Assembly (NCBI GenBank): GCA_964490005.1
Contig: CAZBBB010000007.1
Coordinates: forward strand, 842-64,841
DNA length: 64,000 nucleotides
Reading direction: 5' to 3'
From: an uncultured Phycisphaerales bacterium
GTDB lineage: Bacteria > Planctomycetota > B15-G4
Shown here in pieces: positions 43,826 through 52,411 of the stretch. Position 1 is the stretch's first letter. Every line of letters starts with the position of its first letter. Below the pieces are notes generated by a model. The model ran no database searches. It had not been told where the DNA came from and was given only the letters and a program-made list of their open reading frames with translations. The translations under genes and the position numbers were made by a program.

Positions 43826-44781
43826 ACCCGATGATCTCGGTCATCGTCTGCACCTACAACCGCGAGGCGCTGCTCGCGCGTTGCCTGGACAGCCTGGCCG
43901 AGCAGACGCTGGACCGCGCGCTCTACGAGGTGGTCGTCGTCGAGAACAACTGCACCGACGGGACGCGGGCGCTGCTCGAGCGCCGCGCCGCTGCACAGGC
44001 CAACCTGCAGTGGACCTCCGAGACGAACCAGGGGCTGTCCTGGTCGCGCAACCGCGGGGCCACGGTGGCGCGCGGCGCCTGGCTGGCCTACATCGACGAC
44101 GACGCGCTGGCGCCGCCCGAGTACCTGCGCGGCATCCACGACGTGATCCGCGAGCACGCGCCGGACATGATCGGCGGCCCGATCCTGCCCTACTACCTCG
44201 ACAGGAAGCCGAGCTGGTTCCTCGACGAGTACGAGATCCGCAAGTACCAGGACGCGTCGGGCTTCTCGCGGACCTGCGGCGTCAAGGGCAGCAACTACGT
44301 CCTGCGCAAGGACCTGCTCGCGAAGCTGGGCGACTTCGACGTCGAGCTCGGCATGAAGGGCACGACCTCGGCCTACGGCGAGGACCGCGCGCTGCTCGTG
44401 AAGTACCGCGCGACGACGCCCAAGGCCGAGCAGCGCGTCTACTACGCGGCGCACTGTCCGATCCTGCACCTCGTGCCGCGCCACAAGATGCGGCTGGGCT
44501 ACATCATGCGCCGCCAGTACGAGGGCGGCCGCATCAGCATCTCGCTCAAGGGCAAGGTGCGCAGCGGCCGCGAGGGTCTGCGCATGCTCGCCCGCCTGCC
44601 CCTCGAGTACCTCTACGACGTGCGCAAGATCGACCGCGGTCGTCCCGAGCGGAGCTACTTCGCGGTCGAGTTCCTGCGTCGCTCGGCGCTCTACGCCGGC
44701 AAGCTGGTCGAGTGCGTCCGCATGACGGCGGGCTTCGCGCTGCGGCGGCTGTCCGGTCGCGCGCCGCGGCGGCGGGACTGA
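43822..44781 (+). CDS. family 2 glycosyltransferase
   Basis: ISVIVCTYNRE, NNCTDGT and YIDDDA motifs. GTG 43822 overlaps the upstream stop; ATG 43831 is an alternative start. Confidence 0.9.
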   Translation: MNPMISVIVCTYNREALLARCLDSLAEQTLDRALYEVVVVENNCTDGTRALLERRAAAQANLQWTSETNQGLSWSRNRGATVARGAWLAYIDDDALAPPEYLRGIHDVIREHAPDMIGGPILPYYLDRKPSWFLDEYEIRKYQDASGFSRTCGVKGSNYVLRKDLLAKLGDFDVELGMKGTTSAYGEDRALLVKYRATTPKAEQRVYYAAHCPILHLVPRHKMRLGYIMRRQYEGGRISISLKGKVRSGREGLRMLARLPLEYLYDVRKIDRGRPERSYFAVEFLRRSALYAGKLVECVRMTAGFALRRLSGRAPRRRD

Positions 44782-44794
44782 GCGCGACGGCGCC

Positions 44795-46042
44795 TCAGTG
44801 CGCCGCGGCGGCGCCCCGGCCCTCGTCGCGCGGGGCGCCCGCGGCCGACGGCTGGCCGGGCTCGTCGTCCGGCGCGGCTTGCGCCGACCACGCGCTCTCG
44901 ACGACCAGATCGCCCCACTTGTTCGGCGGGAGGCGGCCGGTGCCGAGGCAGTCGGAGTCGCTCACGGCCAGGCTGCACAGGTTGACGAGCTTGTCGGCCA
45001 GCTGGCGATCGGCGAAGCAGCTCACGACGAGGTCGTAGGTGCCCGGCAGCAGCGGCAGGCGCGGCACCGTGCAGACCCAGCGGCCGCGCCGCCCGGCCCG
45101 CGCGAGCGGCGTGCGCGCGATCTCGCTGCCCAGTCCGAACAGGCGGCTGCCCTTGCTGCCCTCGACGATCACCGTGAGCGTGACCTCGCCCGGCGGTTCG
45201 GGCAGCGCGCTCTCGTAGTCGAAGACGAGGCGCGCCGGCGCGCCCGCCGGCACCGCGGGCACCGGCGTGCCGGCGCCGTCCTGCAGCTCGAAGCGGACGA
45301 TCCGCAGCGCGCCGCTGCCCTTGCGGCCTTCGCTGCGGCGCAGCACGGCGCCGCCGCCGGGGCCCAGCATGAGTTCGCGGTAGGCCTTGATCACCGCGTT
45401 GGGTGCGTCGTCCAGGCGGAGCTCGCCGCCTTCGAGCAGGATCGCGCGCGAGCACAGCGACTGCACCGCGCCCAGGCTGTGGCTCACGAACAGGACCGTG
45501 CGCCCCTCGCCCGACGTGAGGTCGCCCATCTTCTGCAGGCAGCGCTCGCGGAAGGCGATGTCGCCGACGGCGAGCACCTCGTCCACGAGCAGGATCGCCG
45601 TGTCGAGGTGCGCCGCGACCGCGAAGGCCAGGCGCGCCTTCATCCCCGACGAGTACTTGCGCACGGGCGTGTCGATGAAGGCGCCGACGCCCGAGAACTC
45701 GACGATCGCATCGAGCCGCGCGCGGATGTCCTGCGGGCTCATGCCCAGGATCGTGCCGTTGAGCGCGATGTTCTCGCGCCCCGAGAGGCTCTCGTGCATG
45801 CCGGTGCCGGTCTCGAGCAGCGTGCCCACGCGACCGCGCACGCGGGCGCGGCCTTCCGTGGGCGAGGTGATGCGCGCGAGGATCTTCAGCAGCGTGCTCT
45901 CGCCCGCCCCGTTGCGGCCGATGATGCCGAGCACCTCGCCGGGCGCGACTTGCAGGTCGACGTGCCGCAGCGCCCAGAACTCCCGGCCCTTGAGGTCGTA
46001 GCGCTTGCCGAGGCCGGCGATCTCGAGGGCGGGCAGGCTCAC
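44795..46042 (-). CDS. Wzt/TagH-type polysaccharide ABC-exporter ATPase with a C-terminal Wzt_C-like extension; Walker A lysine replaced by Glu
   Basis: Walker A GRNGAGEST (Glu codon at 45899-45901), signature YSSGMKARL, Walker B LLVDEVLAVGD and H-loop VSHS. A beta-rich tail of about 170 aa follows the NBD. The GTG overlaps the permease stop (GTGA). Confidence 0.9.
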   Translation of the reverse strand: MSLPALEIAGLGKRYDLKGREFWALRHVDLQVAPGEVLGIIGRNGAGESTLLKILARITSPTEGRARVRGRVGTLLETGTGMHESLSGRENIALNGTILGMSPQDIRARLDAIVEFSGVGAFIDTPVRKYSSGMKARLAFAVAAHLDTAILLVDEVLAVGDIAFRERCLQKMGDLTSGEGRTVLFVSHSLGAVQSLCSRAILLEGGELRLDDAPNAVIKAYRELMLGPGGGAVLRRSEGRKGSGALRIVRFELQDGAGTPVPAVPAGAPARLVFDYESALPEPPGEVTLTVIVEGSKGSRLFGLGSEIARTPLARAGRRGRWVCTVPRLPLLPGTYDLVVSCFADRQLADKLVNLCSLAVSDSDCLGTGRLPPNKWGDLVVESAWSAQAAPDDEPGQPSAAGAPRDEGRGAAAAH

Positions 46043-46923
46043 AGCGTGTCGACCAGTCGGCTCTCGACGCGACTGAAGGCGCGCAGGCCGAGCCACAGCA
46101 GGAGCGCGATCGCCGCCGCCGACCAGGCCAGCGCGCCGGCGGGCGGCGGCGTGTCGCCCATGAGGGCCCAGCGGAAGCCCTGCAGCAGGCCCGCGAGCGG
46201 ATTGGCGTAGTAGACGGCCTGCCAGCGCTCGGGGATGAGCGAGGCGGGATAGGTGACGGGCGAGGCGTAGAGCAGCGCGCGCAGCGCGACGGGCAGCGCG
46301 ATCTGGACGTCGCGCCGTTCGACCGAGAGCGCGGCGAGCAGCAGGCCCGCGCCGAGCGCGAGCAGCACGACCGCGAGCAGCAGCGGGAGGGCGGCGAGCG
46401 CGCCCCAGCCGGGGGCGATCCCGTAAGCGGCCATCAGGAGCAGGCAGATGCCGAGCACCGCGAGCAGGTCGAAGCTGCCGGTGCTCACGCTCGTGAGCGG
46501 CGCGATCAGGCGCGGGTAGTAGACCTTCGAGAAGGTGCCGACGTGCGCGGCGAGCGAGCCGGCCGTCTGGCGCACTGCCCCGCTGAAGAACAGGTAGATC
46601 CCCACGCCCGAGAAGATGAACAGCGGGATCGGGATGCGGTCGGCGCGCACGCCGAGCAGCACGCCGAAGACCAGCCAGTACACCGCGGCCAGCAGCAGCG
46701 GCTGCAGCAGCACCCACCAGAAGCCGAAGAAGGTGGAGCGGTAGCGCGCACGCAGCTCGCGCAGCACGAAGTGCTTCAGCAGGTGCCGGTAGGCCCACGC
46801 CTGCGGCAACCCGTAGCCGCGCCCGACCGAGTCGGGGCCGATCTCGACGCACGCGTCGGGGCCTGCGTCCGCCGGGTCGCCGACCGGGGGCGCATTCGGG
46901 AGCGTCAGGTCGGACATGGACAT
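46039..46923 (-). CDS. ABC-2-type polysaccharide exporter permease (Wzm/KpsM-like)
   Basis: 294 aa from ATG 46923, with GAGG 5 nt upstream. Six hydrophobic segments and an N-terminal YRHLLKHFVLRELRARYRSTFFGFWW motif typical of ABC-2 permeases. Confidence 0.9.
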   Translation of the reverse strand: MSMSDLTLPNAPPVGDPADAGPDACVEIGPDSVGRGYGLPQAWAYRHLLKHFVLRELRARYRSTFFGFWWVLLQPLLLAAVYWLVFGVLLGVRADRIPIPLFIFSGVGIYLFFSGAVRQTAGSLAAHVGTFSKVYYPRLIAPLTSVSTGSFDLLAVLGICLLLMAAYGIAPGWGALAALPLLLAVVLLALGAGLLLAALSVERRDVQIALPVALRALLYASPVTYPASLIPERWQAVYYANPLAGLLQGFRWALMGDTPPPAGALAWSAAAIALLLWLGLRAFSRVESRLVDTL

Positions 46924-46945
46924 TCTCGCCTCGGTCGCGCGCGGA

Positions 46946-48052
46946 TCACGGCGCGCCCGGGACCGGGGAGTCCGCAGGGTATGCGGCGGCGCGGCCCTCG
47001 ACAATGCCGAGGAAGGCGGCGGCCGCGTCCGCCCAGCGGAAGCGCGCGGCGCGCCGTCGCCCGCGCTCGGCGAGTTCGCGCCGCGCCTCGGGATCGCCCA
47101 GCAGCTCCGCCAGCGCGCGCGCGAGCGCCGCGTCGTCGCCCGTCTCGAAGAAGCGCGCGGCGTCGGCGCAGACCTCGGGCAGCGCGCCGGCCCGCGCCGC
47201 CAGGACCGGCACGCCGACCGCCAGGGCCTCGAGCGCCGGAAGGCCGAAGCCCTCGTGCCGCGACGGATGCACGAGGAGGTCGGCGGCGGCGTACAGGCGC
47301 GCGAGGCGGGCGTCGTCGACGCGACCGGTCCACTCGATGTCGGCGCCGGAGGCCGCACGCGCCCGCGCCGGGGAAGCGCCGACGATCGTCAGCCGCCGCC
47401 CGGCGCGCGCGGCCGGCGGCAGGCGCGCCCAGGCGCGCAGCAGGGTCGGCGCGTCCTTGCGCGGCGAGCCCGCGCCCACGCACAGCACGCGGCGCGGGCC
47501 CTCGGCAGGGGGCGGCGCGGGCCCGAGGAACAACTCCGGCACGCCGTGGGGCACGACGTGCAGGCGCGCGGCCGGCGCGACGCCGCAGCGCAGCAGCTCG
47601 TCGCGCGAGAAGGCGCTGACCGTGACCACGGCCTGCACGCGGCGGCCCAGCCGCGGCTGCAGCCAGCGGTAGGCGCGCGCGAAGGCCCACGGGAACCAGC
47701 GCGGTTCGACGAACACCGCGGCGTCGTGGATCGTCAGGATCTGCCGCGGCACGTCGAGCGGCCCCGTGTTCGCGGGGCACCACAGCAGCTCGCCGTCCCA
47801 GCGCCGCAGCCAGTGCGCCAGGCGCAGCTGCTCCCAGGCGTGGCCGCCCAGCGGGGCGCGGTCGACGAGCAGCTCGACGCCGGGCGGCGCGCCCGCCCGC
47901 GCCGCCGCCTCGGCCCGCGCCGGGACGACGACGCCCAGCGCCCAACCCTCCGGCCGCGCGCGCGCGAGCGCCGTGAGCAGTTCGCGCGCGGCGCGCTGCA
48001 CGCCGCCCGCGGGCTGGCCGAAGAAGCGCCCGTTGACGAGCAGGCGTCGCAT
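46946..48052 (-). CDS. family 4 (GT-B) glycosyltransferase
   Basis: 368 aa. PSRHEGFGLPALEALAVGVPVLA (EX7E region). The ATG overlaps the upstream stop (ATGA at 48055-48052 region). Confidence 0.9.
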   Translation of the reverse strand: MRRLLVNGRFFGQPAGGVQRAARELLTALARARPEGWALGVVVPARAEAAARAGAPPGVELLVDRAPLGGHAWEQLRLAHWLRRWDGELLWCPANTGPLDVPRQILTIHDAAVFVEPRWFPWAFARAYRWLQPRLGRRVQAVVTVSAFSRDELLRCGVAPAARLHVVPHGVPELFLGPAPPPAEGPRRVLCVGAGSPRKDAPTLLRAWARLPPAARAGRRLTIVGASPARARAASGADIEWTGRVDDARLARLYAAADLLVHPSRHEGFGLPALEALAVGVPVLAARAGALPEVCADAARFFETGDDAALARALAELLGDPEARRELAERGRRRAARFRWADAAAAFLGIVEGRAAAYPADSPVPGAP

Positions 48053-49755
48053 CAGCGCGCGACGGGCGCGTCGGCTGCGGAGTGGATGAAGGCGCGCCGT
48101 TCGAGGATGCCGCGGCAGATCGTGTCGAGCCCCGGGTCGGCGCCCGGCCGCAGCGCGTCGAGCGAGCGCGCCGCGACGCGGTACAGCGGGCGTCCCGCCG
48201 CGGGCCGCACCGAGCGCACGGGGATCATGCGGCGGTCGAAGAAGTGCCAGGCGTAGCGGCGCGCGCGCGCGACGGCGTCCGCGCCCAGGCGCCGCCCGAA
48301 GGGCAGCCGTTCCAGCAGCGCGAAGTACGCGTCGGCGTCGCTCGCGTCGTGCGTCAGGCCCTTGCCGCGCACCCAGGCCTCGCCCGCGACGATGACCGGG
48401 ATCCCCATGCTGGCGAGTTCGACGCCGGCCTTGGTGCCGTAGATCAGCGCCGCGTCGCAGCAGCGCAGGATGCCGTAGGTGCTCAGCGGATCGTCGGGGC
48501 CGACGACCCGCACGTTCGCCGGCAGGCGCTCGAAGGCGCGCGCCAGCTCGGCCTCGACCGGTTGCCGCGAGACGATGCGCGCGCGCGTCTCGGCGGGGTG
48601 CACGCGGACGACGAGCTGCAGCGCCGGGTGGCGCTCGAACCAGGCGATCGTGCGCATGAGCCAGTCGAGCATGTCGGGGAAGGCGCGCGCGGGGTAGTGC
48701 AGCTGCGCGTCCCAGACGACGTTCGTGAGCAACCCGATCCAGGGACGCGCGGGGTCGAGGCCCAGGCGCCGGGCGATCTCCGCCGGCCGCTCCTCGGTGG
48801 CGTCGTGGAAGCGGATCCAGTCCTCGCTGCCGCGCCGGCGGCTGGCCAGGTAGGCGTCGAGCGCGGCCTCCTCGCGCGGCTCGAGCGCGCGATCCTCCCA
48901 GGCGGAGGTCGGCTCGCGCATGAGCTCGTGGTGGTAGGTCTCGCCGTGGCTGAACAGGAAGCGGCCGCGCCGCACGGCGGGGTTCCAGTTGACGACGCGC
49001 ACGCCCTGCTCGCGCGCCGCGTCGCCGATGAGCCCCTGCGGCACGTACAGCCCGTGATGGAAGACGGCGACCTCGGGCCGGCGCGCGTCGAGCAGACGCC
49101 GCGCCGCGTGCATCGCGAGCAGCGCGGCCTCGACGTAGGCGCGCAGCACGCTCTCGCCGCGGGGCTCGTCGTCGAGCGTGCCGCGCGCGAAGAAGCGCAG
49201 CGCCCCGGCGAGCGCGTGCTCGCCGACGGCGACGCCGCCGTCGCGCAGCGTGGCGATGCGCTCGCGGGCCAGCGTGCGGGCGCGCAGCCGCGCGTCGGCG
49301 CGCGCCTCGGGCGCGAGCAGTTCCGAGTAGCGGTGCACGTGCAGCCCGAGCGGCGCGAAGACGGCCTCGCCCGGCGCCGCGCAGGAGCCGCACAGATGCG
49401 CGCTCACGCGGCCGTCGCCGAGCGCCGCGGGCTGTTCGTGCCAGGCGAAGGTGGCTTCCATGCAGGCCGGCAGGGCCTCGTCGCACAGCAGCAGCTCGAC
49501 CTCCGCCCCGCGCAGGGTGAGTGCCACGGCCAGCAGGCTCTCGAGCGTGGTGCCCGGCCGGAAGCCGCCGACGCTCGTGGCGACGAGCACCCGCGGGCCG
49601 CCGCGCGCCGCGGCCCGCGCGCGCTCCCAGGCCTGCCGCTCGGCGCCCAGGAGCGAGGCCCAGTCGGCGTAGGCGGCCGGCCGCGCGTAGAAGCGCCGCA
49701 GCCAGCGGCGCACCCGCGGCGATCCGTCGTGCAGCCGGCGCAGGGCGTCGATCAT
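48052..49755 (-). CDS. capsule-polysaccharide-biosynthesis (KpsC/KpsS-like) protein, paralogue B
   Basis: 567 aa. Roughly half of the positions are identical by eye to 37124-38773 over the full length. Same 4-Cys motif (LLCDEALPAC...LCGSC). The ATG overlaps the transketolase stop. Confidence 0.7.
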   Translation of the reverse strand: MIDALRRLHDGSPRVRRWLRRFYARPAAYADWASLLGAERQAWERARAAARGGPRVLVATSVGGFRPGTTLESLLAVALTLRGAEVELLLCDEALPACMEATFAWHEQPAALGDGRVSAHLCGSCAAPGEAVFAPLGLHVHRYSELLAPEARADARLRARTLARERIATLRDGGVAVGEHALAGALRFFARGTLDDEPRGESVLRAYVEAALLAMHAARRLLDARRPEVAVFHHGLYVPQGLIGDAAREQGVRVVNWNPAVRRGRFLFSHGETYHHELMREPTSAWEDRALEPREEAALDAYLASRRRGSEDWIRFHDATEERPAEIARRLGLDPARPWIGLLTNVVWDAQLHYPARAFPDMLDWLMRTIAWFERHPALQLVVRVHPAETRARIVSRQPVEAELARAFERLPANVRVVGPDDPLSTYGILRCCDAALIYGTKAGVELASMGIPVIVAGEAWVRGKGLTHDASDADAYFALLERLPFGRRLGADAVARARRYAWHFFDRRMIPVRSVRPAAGRPLYRVAARSLDALRPGADPGLDTICRGILERRAFIHSAADAPVAR

Positions 49756-51647
49756 CGGCCGGCGGCGAGCGCCTCGCGCAGGCGCGCGTCGAGCGACGCG
49801 GCGTCGAGGCGGTGCGCCGCGAGCACCTCGTCGTTCTGCCCGCCCGCCGGCAGGCCCTCGACGCCGAAGCTGAAGGCGCGCACGCGCGCGGCGAGCGGCG
49901 CGCGGGCCAGTTCGGCCAACAGCCGCTCGCCCTGGCCGCCGGCGAGGTAGTGGTCGTCGAGCGTGAAGATCGCCGGCTGCCCCGCGACGACGTCGGCGAG
50001 CCAGTCGAGGTCGAAGACGTTGAGCCAGGGCAGGTTGACGAGCTTCAGCCGGACCCCGTGCTCGCGCCGCAGCGTCTCGATCGCGTCGAAGGCCTGGCTG
50101 AGCATCACCGGCCCGTAGGCGAACAGCACGCCGTCGCTGCCCTCGGTGAGGGCCCAGCCGCGGCCGCGGCGCAGTTCGGTGCGCTCGGGCGTGGCGAAGG
50201 GCACGATCCAGGGGATCGAGCACAGCCGCAGGTAGCCCGGGCCGGCGTGGCGTTCGAGCAGGTAGGCGGCGCACAGCTCGACCTCGCGTTCGGTCGCCGG
50301 AGCGAGCAGTTCCATGCCGGGCATCGCGCCCAGCGCCGAGATGTCGCGCACCGCCTGGTGCGAGTGCCCCGGCGTGCCCGGCAGCAGTCCCGCGAGCGTG
50401 GCGACGTGCACGACGTGGCTGCCCTCGGTCGCGTTCGTGTAGATCTGCTCGTTGGGGCGCGCCGAGAGGAAGCACGCGAAGGAGTGCACGACCGGCAGCA
50501 GGCCCTTCAGGGCCAGCCCGCCCGCCTGGCTGACCATGTCCTGCTCGGCGATGCCGCACTCGATGAAGCGCTCGGGGAAGCGCTCGGCGAACGGCCCGAG
50601 GCCGCAGTCCTTGACGAGGTCGGCGTCGAGCGCGACGAGGCGCGGCTCGCGCTCGGCGTGCGCCACGAGCGTACGCGACCAGGCCTCCACCAGTCGCTGG
50701 CGGGGCGCCGGCGAGTGGCTCACGGCGTGCGCCTGCGTCTCGGTGCGCAGCGGCGCCGCGTCCAGTCTCGCGAGGCGGCTCTCGACGTCGGCGCGCAGCT
50801 CGGCCAGCGCGCGCTCGTAGCTGTCGTCGTCGGGCGCGCCGCTGTGGAAGGCGTAGAAGCGCCCCTCGGCTTCGAAGCGCTCCATGAACGAGACGCCGCG
50901 TCCCTTGATCGTGTCGGCGAGGATCACGCGCGGGCGGGGCGCGCCCGCGCCGAAGGACCTCCACGCGCGGGCGAGCGCGTCCACGTCGTGGCCGTCGCAG
51001 CGCGCCACCTGCCAGCCGCAGGAGGAGAAGCGGGCCGGCAGGTCGCCGAGATCGCAGACGCGCGCGACCCAGGTGTCGGACTGGATCGCGTTGCGGTCCA
51101 CGATCACGGTGAGTTCCGACAGGCCGCGGTTGGCGGCGCCGACGAGCGACTCCCAGATCTGGCCCTCCTGCAGCTCGCCGTCGCCGGTCAGGACCACGAT
51201 GCGGCCGCGCGGCCCGAGCCGCCGCCGGGCCTCGGCCATGCCCTTGGCCTTCGAGATCCCCATGCCCAGCGAGCCGGTGTTCGCCTCCATGAAGGGGATG
51301 CGCACCTCGGGGTGCCCCGGCAGGCCGTCGCGGCGGCGCAGGCGCCGCAGCAGCGCCGGGTCGAGGCGCCCGAGGCCCGCGAGCGCCGCGTAGAAGGCCG
51401 GCGCGTCGTGCCCCTTCGACGAGAACACGATGTCCTGCGGCAGGCGCAGCTCCTCGAGCATCAGCCACGAGACGATGTCGAGGCAGCTGAAGGAGGTGCC
51501 GAGGTGGCCCGAGCCGGCGTGCTTCACCATCGTGAGCACCTGCAGGCGGCACATCGAGGCGAACAGCGCGGTGCGCTCGTGTCCGGCGCCTTCGAGGGCC
51601 AGCACGCGCTCGAACTCGTCCGGCGGGATCCAGTGCAGTTCAACCAC
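49752..51647 (-). CDS. transketolase-family thiamine-diphosphate enzyme (N- and C-terminal halves fused)
   Basis: 631 aa. GSGHLG, the TPP-binding GDGELQEG...NAIQSD, and a pyrimidine-binding half (FIECGIAEQDMV). GTG start; 8-nt overlap with the upstream gene. Confidence 0.9.
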   Translation of the reverse strand: MVELHWIPPDEFERVLALEGAGHERTALFASMCRLQVLTMVKHAGSGHLGTSFSCLDIVSWLMLEELRLPQDIVFSSKGHDAPAFYAALAGLGRLDPALLRRLRRRDGLPGHPEVRIPFMEANTGSLGMGISKAKGMAEARRRLGPRGRIVVLTGDGELQEGQIWESLVGAANRGLSELTVIVDRNAIQSDTWVARVCDLGDLPARFSSCGWQVARCDGHDVDALARAWRSFGAGAPRPRVILADTIKGRGVSFMERFEAEGRFYAFHSGAPDDDSYERALAELRADVESRLARLDAAPLRTETQAHAVSHSPAPRQRLVEAWSRTLVAHAEREPRLVALDADLVKDCGLGPFAERFPERFIECGIAEQDMVSQAGGLALKGLLPVVHSFACFLSARPNEQIYTNATEGSHVVHVATLAGLLPGTPGHSHQAVRDISALGAMPGMELLAPATEREVELCAAYLLERHAGPGYLRLCSIPWIVPFATPERTELRRGRGWALTEGSDGVLFAYGPVMLSQAFDAIETLRREHGVRLKLVNLPWLNVFDLDWLADVVAGQPAIFTLDDHYLAGGQGERLLAELARAPLAARVRAFSFGVEGLPAGGQNDEVLAAHRLDAASLDARLREALAAGR

Positions 51648-52407
51648 CGTCGTGCTCCCGTCGAGTGCCGGCCGCGACGGCAGCCACCTCCGGCAGCCGT
51701 GCCTCGCCGGTGCGCGCGAGGTGCTCGGCCACGATCCAGTCGAGCGGGTCGTTGATGTCGAAGCCCTCGTGGCCGCGCGTGAGGAAGGGCACGATCTCGG
51801 TGCCCGCGATCGTGCGCGTGGCGCGCACGACCGCGACCCGGGCGATCTCGAGGCTGGCGTTCTGCACGAGCACGGGCGGCAGGGCCTGATAGGGCGTGCT
51901 GTGCCAGGGCGGGTCGACGGGGCCGCCTTCGAGCAGCGGGCGCAGCCGCTCGCCGTCCCGCACCCACATCTTGCCGGGATGCTGGCGGCAGGGTTCGACG
52001 GCGCGGAGCGAGTGCGCTTCGGGCTGCGCCTCGAAGGTCGCCGCGGCGCGCCGGATCGTCTCGGCCGTGCGGAAGGGGCTCGTCGGACGCAGCAAGGCGA
52101 AGGCCTCGGGGCGCCGCCCGGACTGCGCCAGCGCGTCGAGCGCGTGCAGCACCCAGTCGATGTCGGGCGAAGTCGGGCCGGCCAGCTCGGCGGGCCGCAG
52201 GAAGGGCGTCTCGGCGCCGTACGCGCGCGCGATCGCGGCGATGCGCGCGTCGTCCGTCGACACGATCAGGGCGTCGAACAGCCCGCTGTCGCGCGCCGCA
52301 CAGATGGTGTAGGCGATCATCGGGTGCCCGGCGAGCGTCCGGATGTTCTTGCCGGGGACGCGCGCCGAGCCGCCGCGCGCCGGGATGAGGGCGATGCAGG
52401 CGCGCAC
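51640..52407 (-). CDS. acylneuraminate/ulosonate cytidylyltransferase (CMP-sugar synthetase family)
   Basis: N-terminal LIPARGGSARVPGKN motif and the family pattern ...STDD...; 255 aa; GTG start. Confidence 0.88.
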   Translation of the reverse strand: MRACIALIPARGGSARVPGKNIRTLAGHPMIAYTICAARDSGLFDALIVSTDDARIAAIARAYGAETPFLRPAELAGPTSPDIDWVLHALDALAQSGRRPEAFALLRPTSPFRTAETIRRAAATFEAQPEAHSLRAVEPCRQHPGKMWVRDGERLRPLLEGGPVDPPWHSTPYQALPPVLVQNASLEIARVAVVRATRTIAGTEIVPFLTRGHEGFDINDPLDWIVAEHLARTGEARLPEVAAVAAGTRREHDGG

Positions 52408-52411
52408 GGGC

